From an uncultured Gammaproteobacteria bacterium (GTDB lineage Bacteria > Pseudomonadota > Gammaproteobacteria > Ga0077536): a stretch of DNA of 64,000 nucleotides. The translations under genes and the position numbers were made by a program. The notes beneath the pieces are model-generated. The model was not told the DNA's origin, ran no database searches, and saw nothing but the letters and a program-made list of their open reading frames with translations. Every line of letters starts with the position of its first letter. The stretch's first letter is position 1. The stretch spans positions 12,673 through 76,672 of the forward strand of contig CALJHG010000012.1 of assembly GCA_938075585.1 (NCBI GenBank). The letters run 5' to 3'. Of the stretch, positions 11,865 through 21,774 are shown piece after piece.

Positions 11865-11892
11865 TTGACGAAAGAAATGCTTTCATTAGAAT
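11865..11892 (+). promoter_or_regulatory. candidate sigma70-type promoter upstream of htpG
   Basis: TTGACG (11865-11870), a 16-nt spacer, then TAGAAT (11887-11892), about 37 nt before the htpG ATG. Pattern match only. I saw no clear sigma32 box here. Confidence 0.3.
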
Positions 11893-11928
11893 AATGTGGC
11901 GCTAAATGAAGTAAGTAAAGGGACGATT

Positions 11929-13797
11929 ATGGCAGAAGGTAGTAATAAAGAAGAATTAGGGTTTGAGTCTGAAGTACAGCAGTTACTAGATTTAGTAATT
12001 AATTCTTTATACAGCAATAAGGAGATCTTTCTGAGAGAGCTTGTGTCGAACGCATCTGATGCGGTTGATAAGCTAAGATTTTCTGCGCTATCTGATGATG
12101 CTTTGTATGAAAGCGATCCAGACTTGAGCGTCATAATTGATTTTAATGAGAAAAAGAAAACTATTACCGTGAGCGATAACGGTATAGGGATGAATCGTGA
12201 AGATGTGATAGCGAATTTAGGCACTATAGCTAAGTCTGGAACTAGAGAATTCTTTGGCGCTCTTAGTGGAGATGAGACAAAAGACTCGCAATTAATAGGA
12301 CAGTTCGGGGTGGGGTTTTACGCGGCTTTTATTGTAGCTGAAAAAGTGGTTGTGACCTCGCGTAAGGCCGGCGATAAGGTTTCAAAAGGAGTACGTTGGG
12401 AATCAGAAGGCAAGGGCGACTATTCAGTAGAAAGTATTGATAAAGTTAAAAGAGGAACCGATGTCGTCTTATATCTAAAAAAAGAAGCCAAGGAATTTGC
12501 TTCAAATAACAAGATTCGGGAGATATGTAAGAAATATTCCGATCATATAGCAGTGCCTATCCGTATGATGCCTATTTCAGGTGAAGGTGACCACGAGGTC
12601 ATTAATGAGGCTACAGCTATTTGGAAGAAAGCTAAATCTGAAATTAGTGCTGACGATTACAAGGAGTTTTATCGACTTATTTCCAATGATTTTATGGAAC
12701 CGCTCAAGTGGGTCCATTCACAAGTTGAGGGTAAGTTGGAATATACCACTTTGTTCTATATCCCGCAGATGGCCCCGTTTGACCTTTGGGATCGTGATTC
12801 CAAGCAAGGTATTAAGCTTTATGTACAGCGTGTCTTTATTATGGACGACGCAGAGGAGCTCCTGCCACGTTACCTCCGTTTTGTAAAAGGGGTAATTGAT
12901 ACAAATGATTTGCCGTTAAATGTGTCGCGTGAGCTATTACAAAAGGATAAAGCGCTTGAAAAAATCAGTCTTGCGTCCATCAAAAAGATATTAGGATTGG
13001 TTGAGCGTTTGAGTAAGACTGATGATTATCAGAAATTTTGGACTACGTTTGGTCGGGTGCTTAAGGAAGGAATCGTAGAAGATGAGCCTCATCGTGAACG
13101 AATATCCAAGCTTCTACGATTTTCGAGTACTGTTGAAGGCGGCGATGAGCCTACGGTAGGTTTTTCAGATTATGTTTCTAGAATGAAGGAAGACCAGACT
13201 GACATTTTTTATATTACCGCCGACAGTTTTGCGACCGCAAAAAATAGCCCGCATATAGAATATTTTTTGTCGAAAGGAATTGAGGTTCTCCTGTTACACG
13301 ATCCGATCGACGAATGGGTTACTTCGCATTTAACCGAGTTTGATGGTAAAAAACTGAAATCCATTGTCCATGCTGATTTAGACGAAGAAAAAGATGGGGG
13401 TGCTGAGGAGGCAGAGGACAGTGAGGATGAAAAAGAGCATGGAGAATTTCTTGATAAGATGAAAACCTTATTATCAGATAAAGTTGCAGATGTCAGAGCT
13501 AGTAAGCGCCTGACATCATCTCCAGCCTGTTTGGTGTCTAGCGCAGCGTCTCCGAGCGCAAACATGGAGCGATTACTTCAAGCCGCCGGACAGCAAGTCC
13601 CAGAATCCAAGAGAATTTTAGAATTGAATATGGATCACCCTATTATTACGCTGATTCAAAAAGAGAAAAATGAAGATAAGATGAAATCTTGGTCAAATTA
13701 CTTATTCGGGCAGTCAATTGTAGCGGAGGGAGGCAAGTTGGATGACCCAGCGGCTTTCATTCAAAATATTAATCAAACGCTCCTTGATACGGCGTAG
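11929..13797 (+). CDS. htpG: molecular chaperone HtpG (Hsp90)
   Basis: FESEVQQLLDLVINSLYSNKEIFLRELVSNASDA and GQFGVGFY. Start placed at ATG 11929, with AAAGGGA upstream, rather than the track's GTG 11896. Confidence 0.95.
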   Translation: MAEGSNKEELGFESEVQQLLDLVINSLYSNKEIFLRELVSNASDAVDKLRFSALSDDALYESDPDLSVIIDFNEKKKTITVSDNGIGMNREDVIANLGTIAKSGTREFFGALSGDETKDSQLIGQFGVGFYAAFIVAEKVVVTSRKAGDKVSKGVRWESEGKGDYSVESIDKVKRGTDVVLYLKKEAKEFASNNKIREICKKYSDHIAVPIRMMPISGEGDHEVINEATAIWKKAKSEISADDYKEFYRLISNDFMEPLKWVHSQVEGKLEYTTLFYIPQMAPFDLWDRDSKQGIKLYVQRVFIMDDAEELLPRYLRFVKGVIDTNDLPLNVSRELLQKDKALEKISLASIKKILGLVERLSKTDDYQKFWTTFGRVLKEGIVEDEPHRERISKLLRFSSTVEGGDEPTVGFSDYVSRMKEDQTDIFYITADSFATAKNSPHIEYFLSKGIEVLLLHDPIDEWVTSHLTEFDGKKLKSIVHADLDEEKDGGAEEAEDSEDEKEHGEFLDKMKTLLSDKVADVRASKRLTSSPACLVSSAASPSANMERLLQAAGQQVPESKRILELNMDHPIITLIQKEKNEDKMKSWSNYLFGQSIVAEGGKLDDPAAFIQNINQTLLDTA

Positions 13798-13802
13798 CGA
13801 CA

Positions 13803-14663
13803 CTGAATGTTTTTGATCTTGTTAACTCAGCGGCTCTGCGCTTAGCTGCCGCTGATGTTTGTTTAGGTCACGGTATTGATAACGCTCAAGATGAGGCGCT
13901 TTTTCTAGTTTTACATGCCATCGGACTGTCTTATGATTCGCCGGACTTGGTCCTCAATGCCGAGCTGACTCTAGCTCAACTTAACGCGGTTGATCGGTTA
14001 ATTACTGAGCGAATAGAGAGTCGGGTGCCGTCCGCATATTTAACCGGTTATACATGGTTTTGTGGATACAAATTTCGTACTGATGACCGAGTTTTGGTTC
14101 CCAGGTCGCCGTTAGCTGAGTTGATTGTTAAAAAATTTCAGCCTTGGTGGTCTGAGACTGAGAACCCCACTGCTTTAGAAATCGGTACGGGCGGGGGATG
14201 CATAGCAATTAGTATGGCCTTGAATTTAGAAAACTTAGACGTAGAAGCTACCGACATAAGTGCAGATGCTATAAAAGTAGCTCGGGAAAATGCTCTTCTA
14301 CATTCTGTTGGGAGCCGAGTACGATTTTACCTAGCAGACTTATTCCCAGAGCAAAAACGTAAATATGATCTGATAATTTCGAATCCGCCTTATGTACCTT
14401 CCGCGCTGCATACTAGACTTCCCAAAGAGTATCAATATGAGCCTTTGAGTGCCCTAGTGAGCGGAGAGGATGGCATGGACTGTGTTCGTCGTATTCTTGA
14501 GCAAGCGGCGGATTACCTAGCTGATGGGGGCCTATTATTTATGGAAGTGGGAGAGATTTGGGAAGTCGTAGATAAGACATTTCCTAGCATAGACTTTACT
14601 TGGATAGATTTAGAATTCGGAGGTGAGGGCGTTCTTTTGGTATCGAGAGAACAGCTTTTATAA
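13803..14663 (+). CDS. prmB: 50S ribosomal protein L3 glutamine N5-methyltransferase (PrmB); start codon unresolved
   Basis: NPPY motif (IISNPPYV), VLVPRSP and GTGGGCIAI, lying upstream of aroC as in E. coli. The conserved N-terminal region (LGHGIDNAQDEALFLVLHA) is in frame upstream of the track's TTG 13947, but with no ATG/GTG/TTG. See the finding on this gene. Confidence 0.8.
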   Translation: MNVFDLVNSAALRLAAADVCLGHGIDNAQDEALFLVLHAIGLSYDSPDLVLNAELTLAQLNAVDRLITERIESRVPSAYLTGYTWFCGYKFRTDDRVLVPRSPLAELIVKKFQPWWSETENPTALEIGTGGGCIAISMALNLENLDVEATDISADAIKVARENALLHSVGSRVRFYLADLFPEQKRKYDLIISNPPYVPSALHTRLPKEYQYEPLSALVSGEDGMDCVRRILEQAADYLADGGLLFMEVGEIWEVVDKTFPSIDFTWIDLEFGGEGVLLVSREQLL

Positions 14664-14718
14664 ATTATTAGTCAAAATATTTTGGTTAAATAGTGTAGTA
14701 GCCTGATAGAATAGACAC

Positions 14719-15804
14719 ATGGCCGGAAATACATTTGGAAAATTGTTTAGCTTAACTACAGCGGGCGAAAGCCATGGTTTAGGTTACGTTGGAATTGTAG
14801 ATGGTTGTCCGCCAGGAATGGCGCTGGACGAGTCTGACTTACAATTAGAGCTAGATAGAAGAAAGCCAGGTCAATCTCGTCACACTACCCAACGAAGAGA
14901 ACCTGATCACGTTAAAATATTGTCAGGCCTTTTCGAGGGAAAAACGACAGGAACCCCGATAGGACTTTTAATAGAAAATGTGGACCAGAAATCGAAGGAC
15001 TATCAAAAGATACAGGGTAAATTTCGTCCTGGTCACGCTGACTACACATACTGGCATAAATATGGGATTCGGGACCCGAGAGGAGGGGGGCGCTCTTCGG
15101 CACGAGAGACCTGCATGCGAGTGGCCGCCGGCGCCGTAGCTAAAAAGTATCTGACTACGTACTATGGTATTTCTATTTATGCGTATCTGTCGGCAATCGG
15201 GCCGTTAGAATTTGATTTTAAAGATAGATCCGCGATTTTTGAAAATGATTTTTTTTGCGCCGACCCTAATCGGATTGATGAGATAGATACCTATATGACA
15301 GCTCTACGAAAAGAGGGAGAGTCAATTGGCGCTCGTATAAACGTTGTCGCTTCTGGTGCTCCCATAGGCTGGGGCGAACCAGTTTTTGATCGCATAGATG
15401 CTGATATAGCTAGCGCAATGATGAGTATAAATGCAGTCAAAGGTATCGAAATTGGGGATGGCTTTGAATCGGCTCGACAAAAAGGTACCGAGCATCGAGA
15501 CGAAATGGATGAGAATGGATTTCGAACTAATCATGCCGGAGGTGTGTTGGGAGGCATATCCACTGGGCAGGACCTCTTGGTTAGTATTGCACTGAAACCT
15601 ACTTCGAGCATCAGGATAGAAGGTGACACATTAGATACAGAGGGAAAAGCTACTAAAGTGTCTACGGGTGGGCGTCACGATCCTTGTGTTGGCATTCGCG
15701 CGGTTCCTATTGCGGAAGCAATGATGGCTCTCGTCTTAATGGATCATTGCCTGAGGCAGCGGGCGCAAAATCCCGAACGAGACAACTATTTACTATCTAC
15801 CTGA
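14719..15804 (+). CDS. aroC: chorismate synthase
   Basis: [20 protein letters not shown] and GGRSSARET. 361 aa. Confidence 0.96.
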   Translation: MAGNTFGKLFSLTTAGESHGLGYVGIVDGCPPGMALDESDLQLELDRRKPGQSRHTTQRREPDHVKILSGLFEGKTTGTPIGLLIENVDQKSKDYQKIQGKFRPGHADYTYWHKYGIRDPRGGGRSSARETCMRVAAGAVAKKYLTTYYGISIYAYLSAIGPLEFDFKDRSAIFENDFFCADPNRIDEIDTYMTALRKEGESIGARINVVASGAPIGWGEPVFDRIDADIASAMMSINAVKGIEIGDGFESARQKGTEHRDEMDENGFRTNHAGGVLGGISTGQDLLVSIALKPTSSIRIEGDTLDTEGKATKVSTGGRHDPCVGIRAVPIAEAMMALVLMDHCLRQRAQNPERDNYLLST

Positions 15805-15837
15805 ACTTTCTCGGACTTTCGATTTGTAGAGTTTTAG

Positions 15838-16611
15838 TTAATAGATCCTGAGGATGGCGGCGTCACCTTCGCCCTCAATATAGTCATCGAATTCATCACC
15901 CGGCGGGTTGCCGTCGTAAATTACATACTCTCTTTGTTGTCTCCATGCTTCCCTCACGAACGCATAGGGATCTAAGGCCGCTTGATCGACCATACGCGTG
16001 GCATCAAGTAAATTTGCTCTGGTATTAACTGCGCTGACAAGACTCGCAGGGATGGTAACTACAGCAGCTAGGTACGTGAGTGGATTTGTAAATACACCCA
16101 TAACTGGAGAACCAATGTCTCTATAGGAGCTAGGTCCCATCAGAGGAATAGTTAAGTAAGCTCCTTCATCAGCGCCCCATCTTCCAAGAGTTTGTCCTAA
16201 ATCTTCTTTCTTTTGAACTAATCCCATCGAGGTTGCAGGATCAAATAACCCGCCGATTCCAATAGTGCTATTGACAACAAACCGCCCGGTGCTTTTTGCA
16301 AAGTCCAGCCCTTTAGCTTGGAGAAGATCATTAGTCATTGTATTTAGTGAAGACACATTATCGAAGAAATTTGTAATTCCTTTTCTGACTACTTTGGGAG
16401 TTACCGCAACATACTTTTTGGCCACAGGTTCAACAAACGATTTATCTAACTTGTCATTAAACGCGTAGATTTTTCTATTCATCGATTCGTGCGGATCGCC
16501 ATTGCTATTATTGGAGGTTGATGCACAGCCAGCCATCAGTAATAAACATAGACCTCCTAGTAATCCTTTAATAAGTCCATTATTTAGTGACATTCTACGC
16601 TGCTCCATCAA
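15838..16611 (-). CDS. mlaA: MlaA/VacJ family outer-membrane lipoprotein
   Basis: Signal peptide with lipobox LLMAGC, then NRKIYAFNDKLDK..EPVAKKY and GPSSYRD, typical of MlaA. Confidence 0.85.
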   Translation of the reverse strand: MMEQRRMSLNNGLIKGLLGGLCLLLMAGCASTSNNSNGDPHESMNRKIYAFNDKLDKSFVEPVAKKYVAVTPKVVRKGITNFFDNVSSLNTMTNDLLQAKGLDFAKSTGRFVVNSTIGIGGLFDPATSMGLVQKKEDLGQTLGRWGADEGAYLTIPLMGPSSYRDIGSPVMGVFTNPLTYLAAVVTIPASLVSAVNTRANLLDATRMVDQAALDPYAFVREAWRQQREYVIYDGNPPGDEFDDYIEGEGDAAILRIY

Positions 16612-16680
16612 GTATTTTTTAATAAATATTACATTATTCTTAGGGTCATATACTACGACTTTTTATCTCATTTAGTCAGT

Positions 16681-17289
16681 TTATTGCAGATTCATGATTT
16701 TATCGTTTAGTTGACTGACCAAGCCCTTAAATCCATCTTTTTTTATCACGTAGGCGTATTCAGCCTGCTTGAGCGCTAAGTCTGACACTCCTTGCGCGAT
16801 CACATTGATTATCTGCCATCTGTCATCTTTTCGCGTGAGCAAATATCGCATCGAGATAGAGTTGTCGTCGACACTGCCGTTCAAAGGAATTAAGCGTGTA
16901 TCAACAATAGTCAATTTCTTTTTATCATTCACTCTTGTCACCAAAAATTTTTCACCGGAAAACTTTGAAAAATGATCCGCGTAAGTAGCTACACTAAGGC
17001 GTTGCAATGTATCCTGAAATACACTCCTCTGTTCGTTAGAGAGGGATCCCCACGAGTCACTAAGAATTATCCTAGCAATAGTCGGGAAGTCAAATGAGGC
17101 CTCTATTACCGGTTTCAGAGTTTCAATTCGTTTAGCGACGGAGGTTTTTTCTGGTAGCTGCATTGCGAGCAACAGTTCGGTATGCAGATTATTTACGGTA
17201 TCTTCAGCCGATACGCTCTTTGGTGCTGCAAATGCAGTTTGCCATAAAGTCAGGGCTACAGTCAGTAAAAGCGAACAAATTAAATTCAT
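16681..17289 (-). CDS. MlaC/Ttg2D-family periplasmic lipid-binding protein (HpnM-like)
   Basis: Cleavable signal peptide (..WQTAFAAP), about 200 aa, size and layout of Ttg2D/MlaC. It sits between mlaA and the hpn genes. The HpnM family of hopanoid clusters belongs to this fold. Confidence 0.65.
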   Translation of the reverse strand: MNLICSLLLTVALTLWQTAFAAPKSVSAEDTVNNLHTELLLAMQLPEKTSVAKRIETLKPVIEASFDFPTIARIILSDSWGSLSNEQRSVFQDTLQRLSVATYADHFSKFSGEKFLVTRVNDKKKLTIVDTRLIPLNGSVDDNSISMRYLLTRKDDRWQIINVIAQGVSDLALKQAEYAYVIKKDGFKGLVSQLNDKIMNLQ

Positions 17290-17352
17290 AATAGGTATTA
17301 TGTAATCGACTCGGCGATTTATACAATCCTTAATCTTTCCTCGGCATCATTT

Positions 17353-18462
17353 TTAAAGATTTCGATAGCTTCGCTCTTTCCATCGGGTACGTTCGCCGCG
17401 CCAACACCGGATGGCAGATGTCCATGTCATCGCAAGAAAAAGAGCACTTGCAAAAGGGAGGGTGAGTAACCAAAAAGCGGGTAAATTATAAAATTTCGTG
17501 ACGGGAAAATATGTGATTGTCATGCAGATGAAGGTGGTAAAGGCCACTAGGCCGATATAGGTATCTGCACTAAAGATCTGTATGAGTGGAATAACGAAAC
17601 ATATCACCATTAGTACCGTACACAGCATAAGCAATGCTAATGAGTAGTTGAGTTGAGTATATGCTGTCCGAGCGACCATATTCCAAATACTTTTAAGACT
17701 AGTGCTGGGTCGAGTAGAGGAGACCAATGTACTGAGTCCTAACCAAGTTTTTCCGCCTTTTTCTTTTATACGTTTTGCTAAAGTACAGTCGTCTATGATT
17801 GCATGCCTGAGACTTGCAAACCCCCCAATTTCTCTGAGTTTTCTAGTTTTTATCAGGATACATCCACCGGCTGCCGCCGCCACACTGGAGGTCCCTTTGT
17901 TTGACAGTGCAAAAGGATAGATAAGTTTGAAAAAATAAATAAAAGGCGGCAGGAGTAATTTTTCCCAGAAGGATTTCACATGAAGTGTTGCCATGACGGA
18001 GACTAAATCGTAATCGTGCTCTTTTTGCTTTTGTAGTAACGCTGCTAATGCACCACATTCTAACTGGATGTCTGCGTCGAGTAGGAGTAAAAGTTCACTA
18101 GAAATATTTGGCAGCCCCTGTTGCAGGGCCCATAGTTTCCCTGTCCAGCCGTCTGGTGGATCTTCTCCATTTACTATTGACACGTTGCTTAGACCAAGTG
18201 TCTCAACGATTGCTGCTGTGCCGTCGCTACTTTGATCGTCAATGACTGTGATATTTTCTAAGTATCCCTGAGATACCAGAGCTCTTAGCGTCCGCTCGAT
18301 ATGCTGCGATTCGTTTCGTGCAGGAATAAGGCCAGACACGGTTTGATGTTGCTTATTTGACGTTAGGTTACTTACCAAGCATTCTTTTGTTGACCATGGC
18401 CTCCATGGCAACAAAAGTAAGATTAACCAAATTAAAGCTGATAAAAAAGTGAGTCCGACCAT
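17353..18462 (-). CDS. hpnB: hopene-associated family-2 glycosyltransferase (HpnB-like)
   Basis: N-terminal TM helix, then IPARNES, DDQSSDGT, GWTGKLWAL, LLLDADI, AAAAGGCIL, IIDDCTLA, MVARTAYTQL and C-terminal TM helices. This matches my memory of the HpnB pattern rather than HpnI. Confidence 0.7.
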   Translation of the reverse strand: MVGLTFLSALIWLILLLLPWRPWSTKECLVSNLTSNKQHQTVSGLIPARNESQHIERTLRALVSQGYLENITVIDDQSSDGTAAIVETLGLSNVSIVNGEDPPDGWTGKLWALQQGLPNISSELLLLLDADIQLECGALAALLQKQKEHDYDLVSVMATLHVKSFWEKLLLPPFIYFFKLIYPFALSNKGTSSVAAAAGGCILIKTRKLREIGGFASLRHAIIDDCTLAKRIKEKGGKTWLGLSTLVSSTRPSTSLKSIWNMVARTAYTQLNYSLALLMLCTVLMVICFVIPLIQIFSADTYIGLVAFTTFICMTITYFPVTKFYNLPAFWLLTLPFASALFLAMTWTSAIRCWRGERTRWKERSYRNL

Positions 18463-18518
18463 ATTTTTTTAAGACCAGCAATCGGATTCATTGTCCGCTA
18501 TAATTCACCTAAGCTAAA

Positions 18519-19649
18519 CTACGCCACTCTTTTTTTGCTTGAACCCTTGTTAGGGGGGGTAAGTTTTTGAACAAGTTGCGGCTTATTTTCCGGCTCCTCA
18601 TCGTAATAAAAAGGTACCTCTGGAGCCATCGATCCCTTCAGTTTCGGTCCCTTAAGAAATACTTTTAGTGCTTTCAACGGGTTTACGAAAGTATCGTCTA
18701 CTGCAGTGGCCTCGTACCCTGAGTGAACCATACAATCGGCGCATTTAGGATTAACACCGGTACCGTACTTATTCCATTCGGTATCATTTATCAGTTCTTT
18801 AAATGTTTTCGCGTAGCCTTCTCCCACCAGCAGATAACAGGGCTTTTGCCAACCAAAAACATTGCGAGTAGGGTTGCCCCAAGGAGTGCAGTGATAGGTT
18901 TGATTCCCTGCCAGGAAGTCAAGATATAAAGTAGATTGGTTAAATCTCCACTTTTTACCTTTACCGACTTTAAATATATCTCTGAAAAGTTGCTTACTTC
19001 CCGTCTTTTTCAGAAAAACATCCTGCTTCGGAGCCCGCTCATATGAGTATCCGGGAGAAATCGTTACACCTTCAACCCCAAGTTCCATCATATTGTCCAT
19101 GAATTGACCTACTTCGTCAGCAGTCTCGCCTTGAAACAGCGTACAGTTCACTGTGACTCTAAACCCTCGGCCTAACGCCTTTTTTATCACTGCGATACAT
19201 TTATCGTAAACACCGGTTCTACAGACTGACGCATCGTGTCTTTCTCTGTCACCATCTAAATGAATCGAAAAGGTAAGATACTTTGAGGGCTCATACGAAT
19301 CCATGTGTTTGTCCAATAGGATCGCATTAGTACAAAGGTATACAAACTTTTTACGCTCTATGTAGCCCTCCACAATTTGGCGCATTTCCTTATGGATTAA
19401 AGGCTCCCCACCGGCAATTGAAACCATCGGAGCTCCGCATTCATCTACGGCCTTCATGCAGTCTTCGTAACTTAGTCTTTTGTTAAGTATCTCAGAGGGA
19501 TAATCTATCTTTCCGCAACCGGCGCATGCTAGATTACATCTGAAAAGCGGCTCTAGCATTAATACCAAGGGATATCTTTTGATTCTTTTTAATTTTTGTT
19601 CGAGTATGTATCTTCCCACGCGGTACTGCTGTATGAGTGGAACTGCCAT
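18519..19649 (-). CDS. hpnH: adenosyl-hopene transferase, radical SAM (HpnH)
   Basis: RYPLVLMLEPLFRCNLACAGCGKIDYP (CxxxCxxC), VSIAGGEPL, LDFLAGNQTYHCTPWGNPTRNVFGWQKPCYL and KCADCMVH. Colinear with characterised HpnH. Confidence 0.92.
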   Translation of the reverse strand: MAVPLIQQYRVGRYILEQKLKRIKRYPLVLMLEPLFRCNLACAGCGKIDYPSEILNKRLSYEDCMKAVDECGAPMVSIAGGEPLIHKEMRQIVEGYIERKKFVYLCTNAILLDKHMDSYEPSKYLTFSIHLDGDRERHDASVCRTGVYDKCIAVIKKALGRGFRVTVNCTLFQGETADEVGQFMDNMMELGVEGVTISPGYSYERAPKQDVFLKKTGSKQLFRDIFKVGKGKKWRFNQSTLYLDFLAGNQTYHCTPWGNPTRNVFGWQKPCYLLVGEGYAKTFKELINDTEWNKYGTGVNPKCADCMVHSGYEATAVDDTFVNPLKALKVFLKGPKLKGSMAPEVPFYYDEEPENKPQLVQKLTPPNKGSSKKRVA

Positions 19650-19832
19650 GTTTTAGTCCTATCTATTTATGGAAACTGGTTGAATTTTAGCGACTTGCGT
19701 CAACTATCACGATTGATTGTCACATTACTGCAATAAGCTTTAAAAGTACAGCATTAGCTACTTATTTCTAGGGAGATGATACGTTAATTTTAGCGGAGTG
19801 ATTTGCGCGGGAAATAAAATTACATACTTGAC

Positions 19833-19861
19833 TTGCAACCCTGGGTGCGGCTCTCCATAAT
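19833..19861 (+). promoter_or_regulatory. candidate sigma70-type promoter for dxs
   Basis: TTGCAA (19833-19838), a 17-nt spacer, then CATAAT (19856-19861), 46 nt before the dxs ATG. Pattern match only. Confidence 0.25.
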
Positions 19862-19907
19862 TCACGGGCTAGAGTTATCCCTTTAAAATTGAGATACTAA
19901 AAATAAT

Positions 19908-21773
19908 ATGACATCCGAAAAAATCTACCCTCTTCTGGACACTATCGCGAGCCCTTTCGACCTTAGGAAGTTGTCGGAGGAAAGTCTCCCACAAATCGCC
20001 GAGGAGGTGAGAGAGTTTTTGATAGACTGCATAAGTGGAGTGGGTGGTCATTTTGCGTCGGGTCTCGGCAGCGTGGAGCTCACGGTAGCGCTTCATTATC
20101 TTTATAACACTCCGGATGATCGGATTGTTTGGGATGTAGGTCATCAGGCTTATCCGCACAAGATACTAACCGGTCGTAAAGGTAAATTGCATACCATTCG
20201 ACAGTCGGAAGGATTGTCACCTTTCCCCAAAAGAGAAGAAAGTGATTACGATACTTTTGGCGTGGGCCATTCGAGTACTTCAATAAGTGCGGCGCTAGGT
20301 ATGGCGATCGCCGCCAAAATAAATAAAACGCGGCGTCGGTCTGTGGCGGTTATAGGAGATGGTGCCATGACTGCAGGTGTTGCGTTCGAGGCGTTAAATC
20401 ATGCGGGTGATATTGAAGCCGACATGCTAGTCATTTTAAATGACAATGATATGTCGATCTCGCCAAATGTTGGCGCGTTATCAAATAGGTTTGCGAAAAT
20501 CCTCTCCGGAAAGCTCTATTCGTCGGTCAGGGAGGGCAGTAAAAAGATGCTGTCTCAAATGCCTTCGATTTGGGAGTTGGCGAGACGGACTGAGGAGCAT
20601 GTCAAGGGGCTTATTGTCCCAGGAACCTTGTTTGAGGAGTTTGGCTTCAACTATATCGGACCGATCGATGGCCATGATTTACCAACTTTGATTGCCACTC
20701 TAAAGAATATTCAAAAATTGTCGGGGCCTCAGTTCCTGCATGTAATCACGAAGAAAGGTAAAGGGTATCCGCGCGCTGAGGAAGATCCAGTTAAGTATCA
20801 TGGGGTTAGTGCCTTTGATCCTGCGGTAGGCATACTTCGTTCGGCAGCCAAAAAGCGTCCGAATTATAGCGATATTTTTGGTGACTGGATTTGTGATATG
20901 GCGGCTAAGGATGACCTTTTGGTTGGGATTACACCAGCCATGAGAGAGGGCTCGGGTTTGGTTGAGTTTCAAAAATTATACCCAGAACGTTACTTTGATG
21001 TGGCGATCGCTGAACAGCACAGTGTTAACGTTGCGGCGGGAATGGCGTGCGATGGGTTAAAACCAGTTGTCGCGATTTATTCTACGTTTTTACAGCGCGG
21101 ATATGATCAAGTAATTCACGACGTATGTAATCAAAATCTTCCAGTGTTATTCGCGTTAGATAGAGCAGGCCTGGTCGGGGCTGACGGCCCTACGCACAAT
21201 GGAAGCTACGATTTAACTTTTTTAAGATGCTTACCCAATATGATGATCATGGCGCCCGCAGATGAAAACGAATGCCGCCAAATGTTATACACTGGCTTCC
21301 TTGGAGAGGGCCCCGCGGCGATTCGATACCCCAGAGGAACTGGACCTGGAGTAAATGTTGATGACGAAATGTATGAGCTGCCAATAGGTAAGGGCGCGGT
21401 GGTGTCAGATGGGCAAGAAGTGGCCATTTTATCTTTTGGTACGACACTTGAGATAGCTAAAGCTGTGGGTGATGATATCGGAGCAACAGTCGTAAATATG
21501 CGATTTGTGAAACCTATCGATGAGGAGTTAATTTTAGAAATTGCTAAAAGCCACCGCTTCATTTTCACCATCGAAGAAAATATGGTGGCAGGAGGAGCTG
21601 GCAGCGCGGTCAACGAAGTATTAGCAGAAAATAATGTAATAGTACGTGTCGCGAATTATGGGTTACCCGATCGACTAATACAACACGGATCACGAGATGA
21701 CATGCTCGTGGACGCTGGCCTCACAGAGACAGCATTTGCGTCATTCATTCAAGGACGTATTGCAGCCGATTGA
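19908..21773 (+). CDS. dxs: 1-deoxy-D-xylulose-5-phosphate synthase
   Basis: [26 protein letters not shown], ThDP motif [11 protein letters not shown], and IAEQH. 621 aa. Confidence 0.96.
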   Translation: MTSEKIYPLLDTIASPFDLRKLSEESLPQIAEEVREFLIDCISGVGGHFASGLGSVELTVALHYLYNTPDDRIVWDVGHQAYPHKILTGRKGKLHTIRQSEGLSPFPKREESDYDTFGVGHSSTSISAALGMAIAAKINKTRRRSVAVIGDGAMTAGVAFEALNHAGDIEADMLVILNDNDMSISPNVGALSNRFAKILSGKLYSSVREGSKKMLSQMPSIWELARRTEEHVKGLIVPGTLFEEFGFNYIGPIDGHDLPTLIATLKNIQKLSGPQFLHVITKKGKGYPRAEEDPVKYHGVSAFDPAVGILRSAAKKRPNYSDIFGDWICDMAAKDDLLVGITPAMREGSGLVEFQKLYPERYFDVAIAEQHSVNVAAGMACDGLKPVVAIYSTFLQRGYDQVIHDVCNQNLPVLFALDRAGLVGADGPTHNGSYDLTFLRCLPNMMIMAPADENECRQMLYTGFLGEGPAAIRYPRGTGPGVNVDDEMYELPIGKGAVVSDGQEVAILSFGTTLEIAKAVGDDIGATVVNMRFVKPIDEELILEIAKSHRFIFTIEENMVAGGAGSAVNEVLAENNVIVRVANYGLPDRLIQHGSRDDMLVDAGLTETAFASFIQGRIAAD

Positions 21774-21774
21774 G

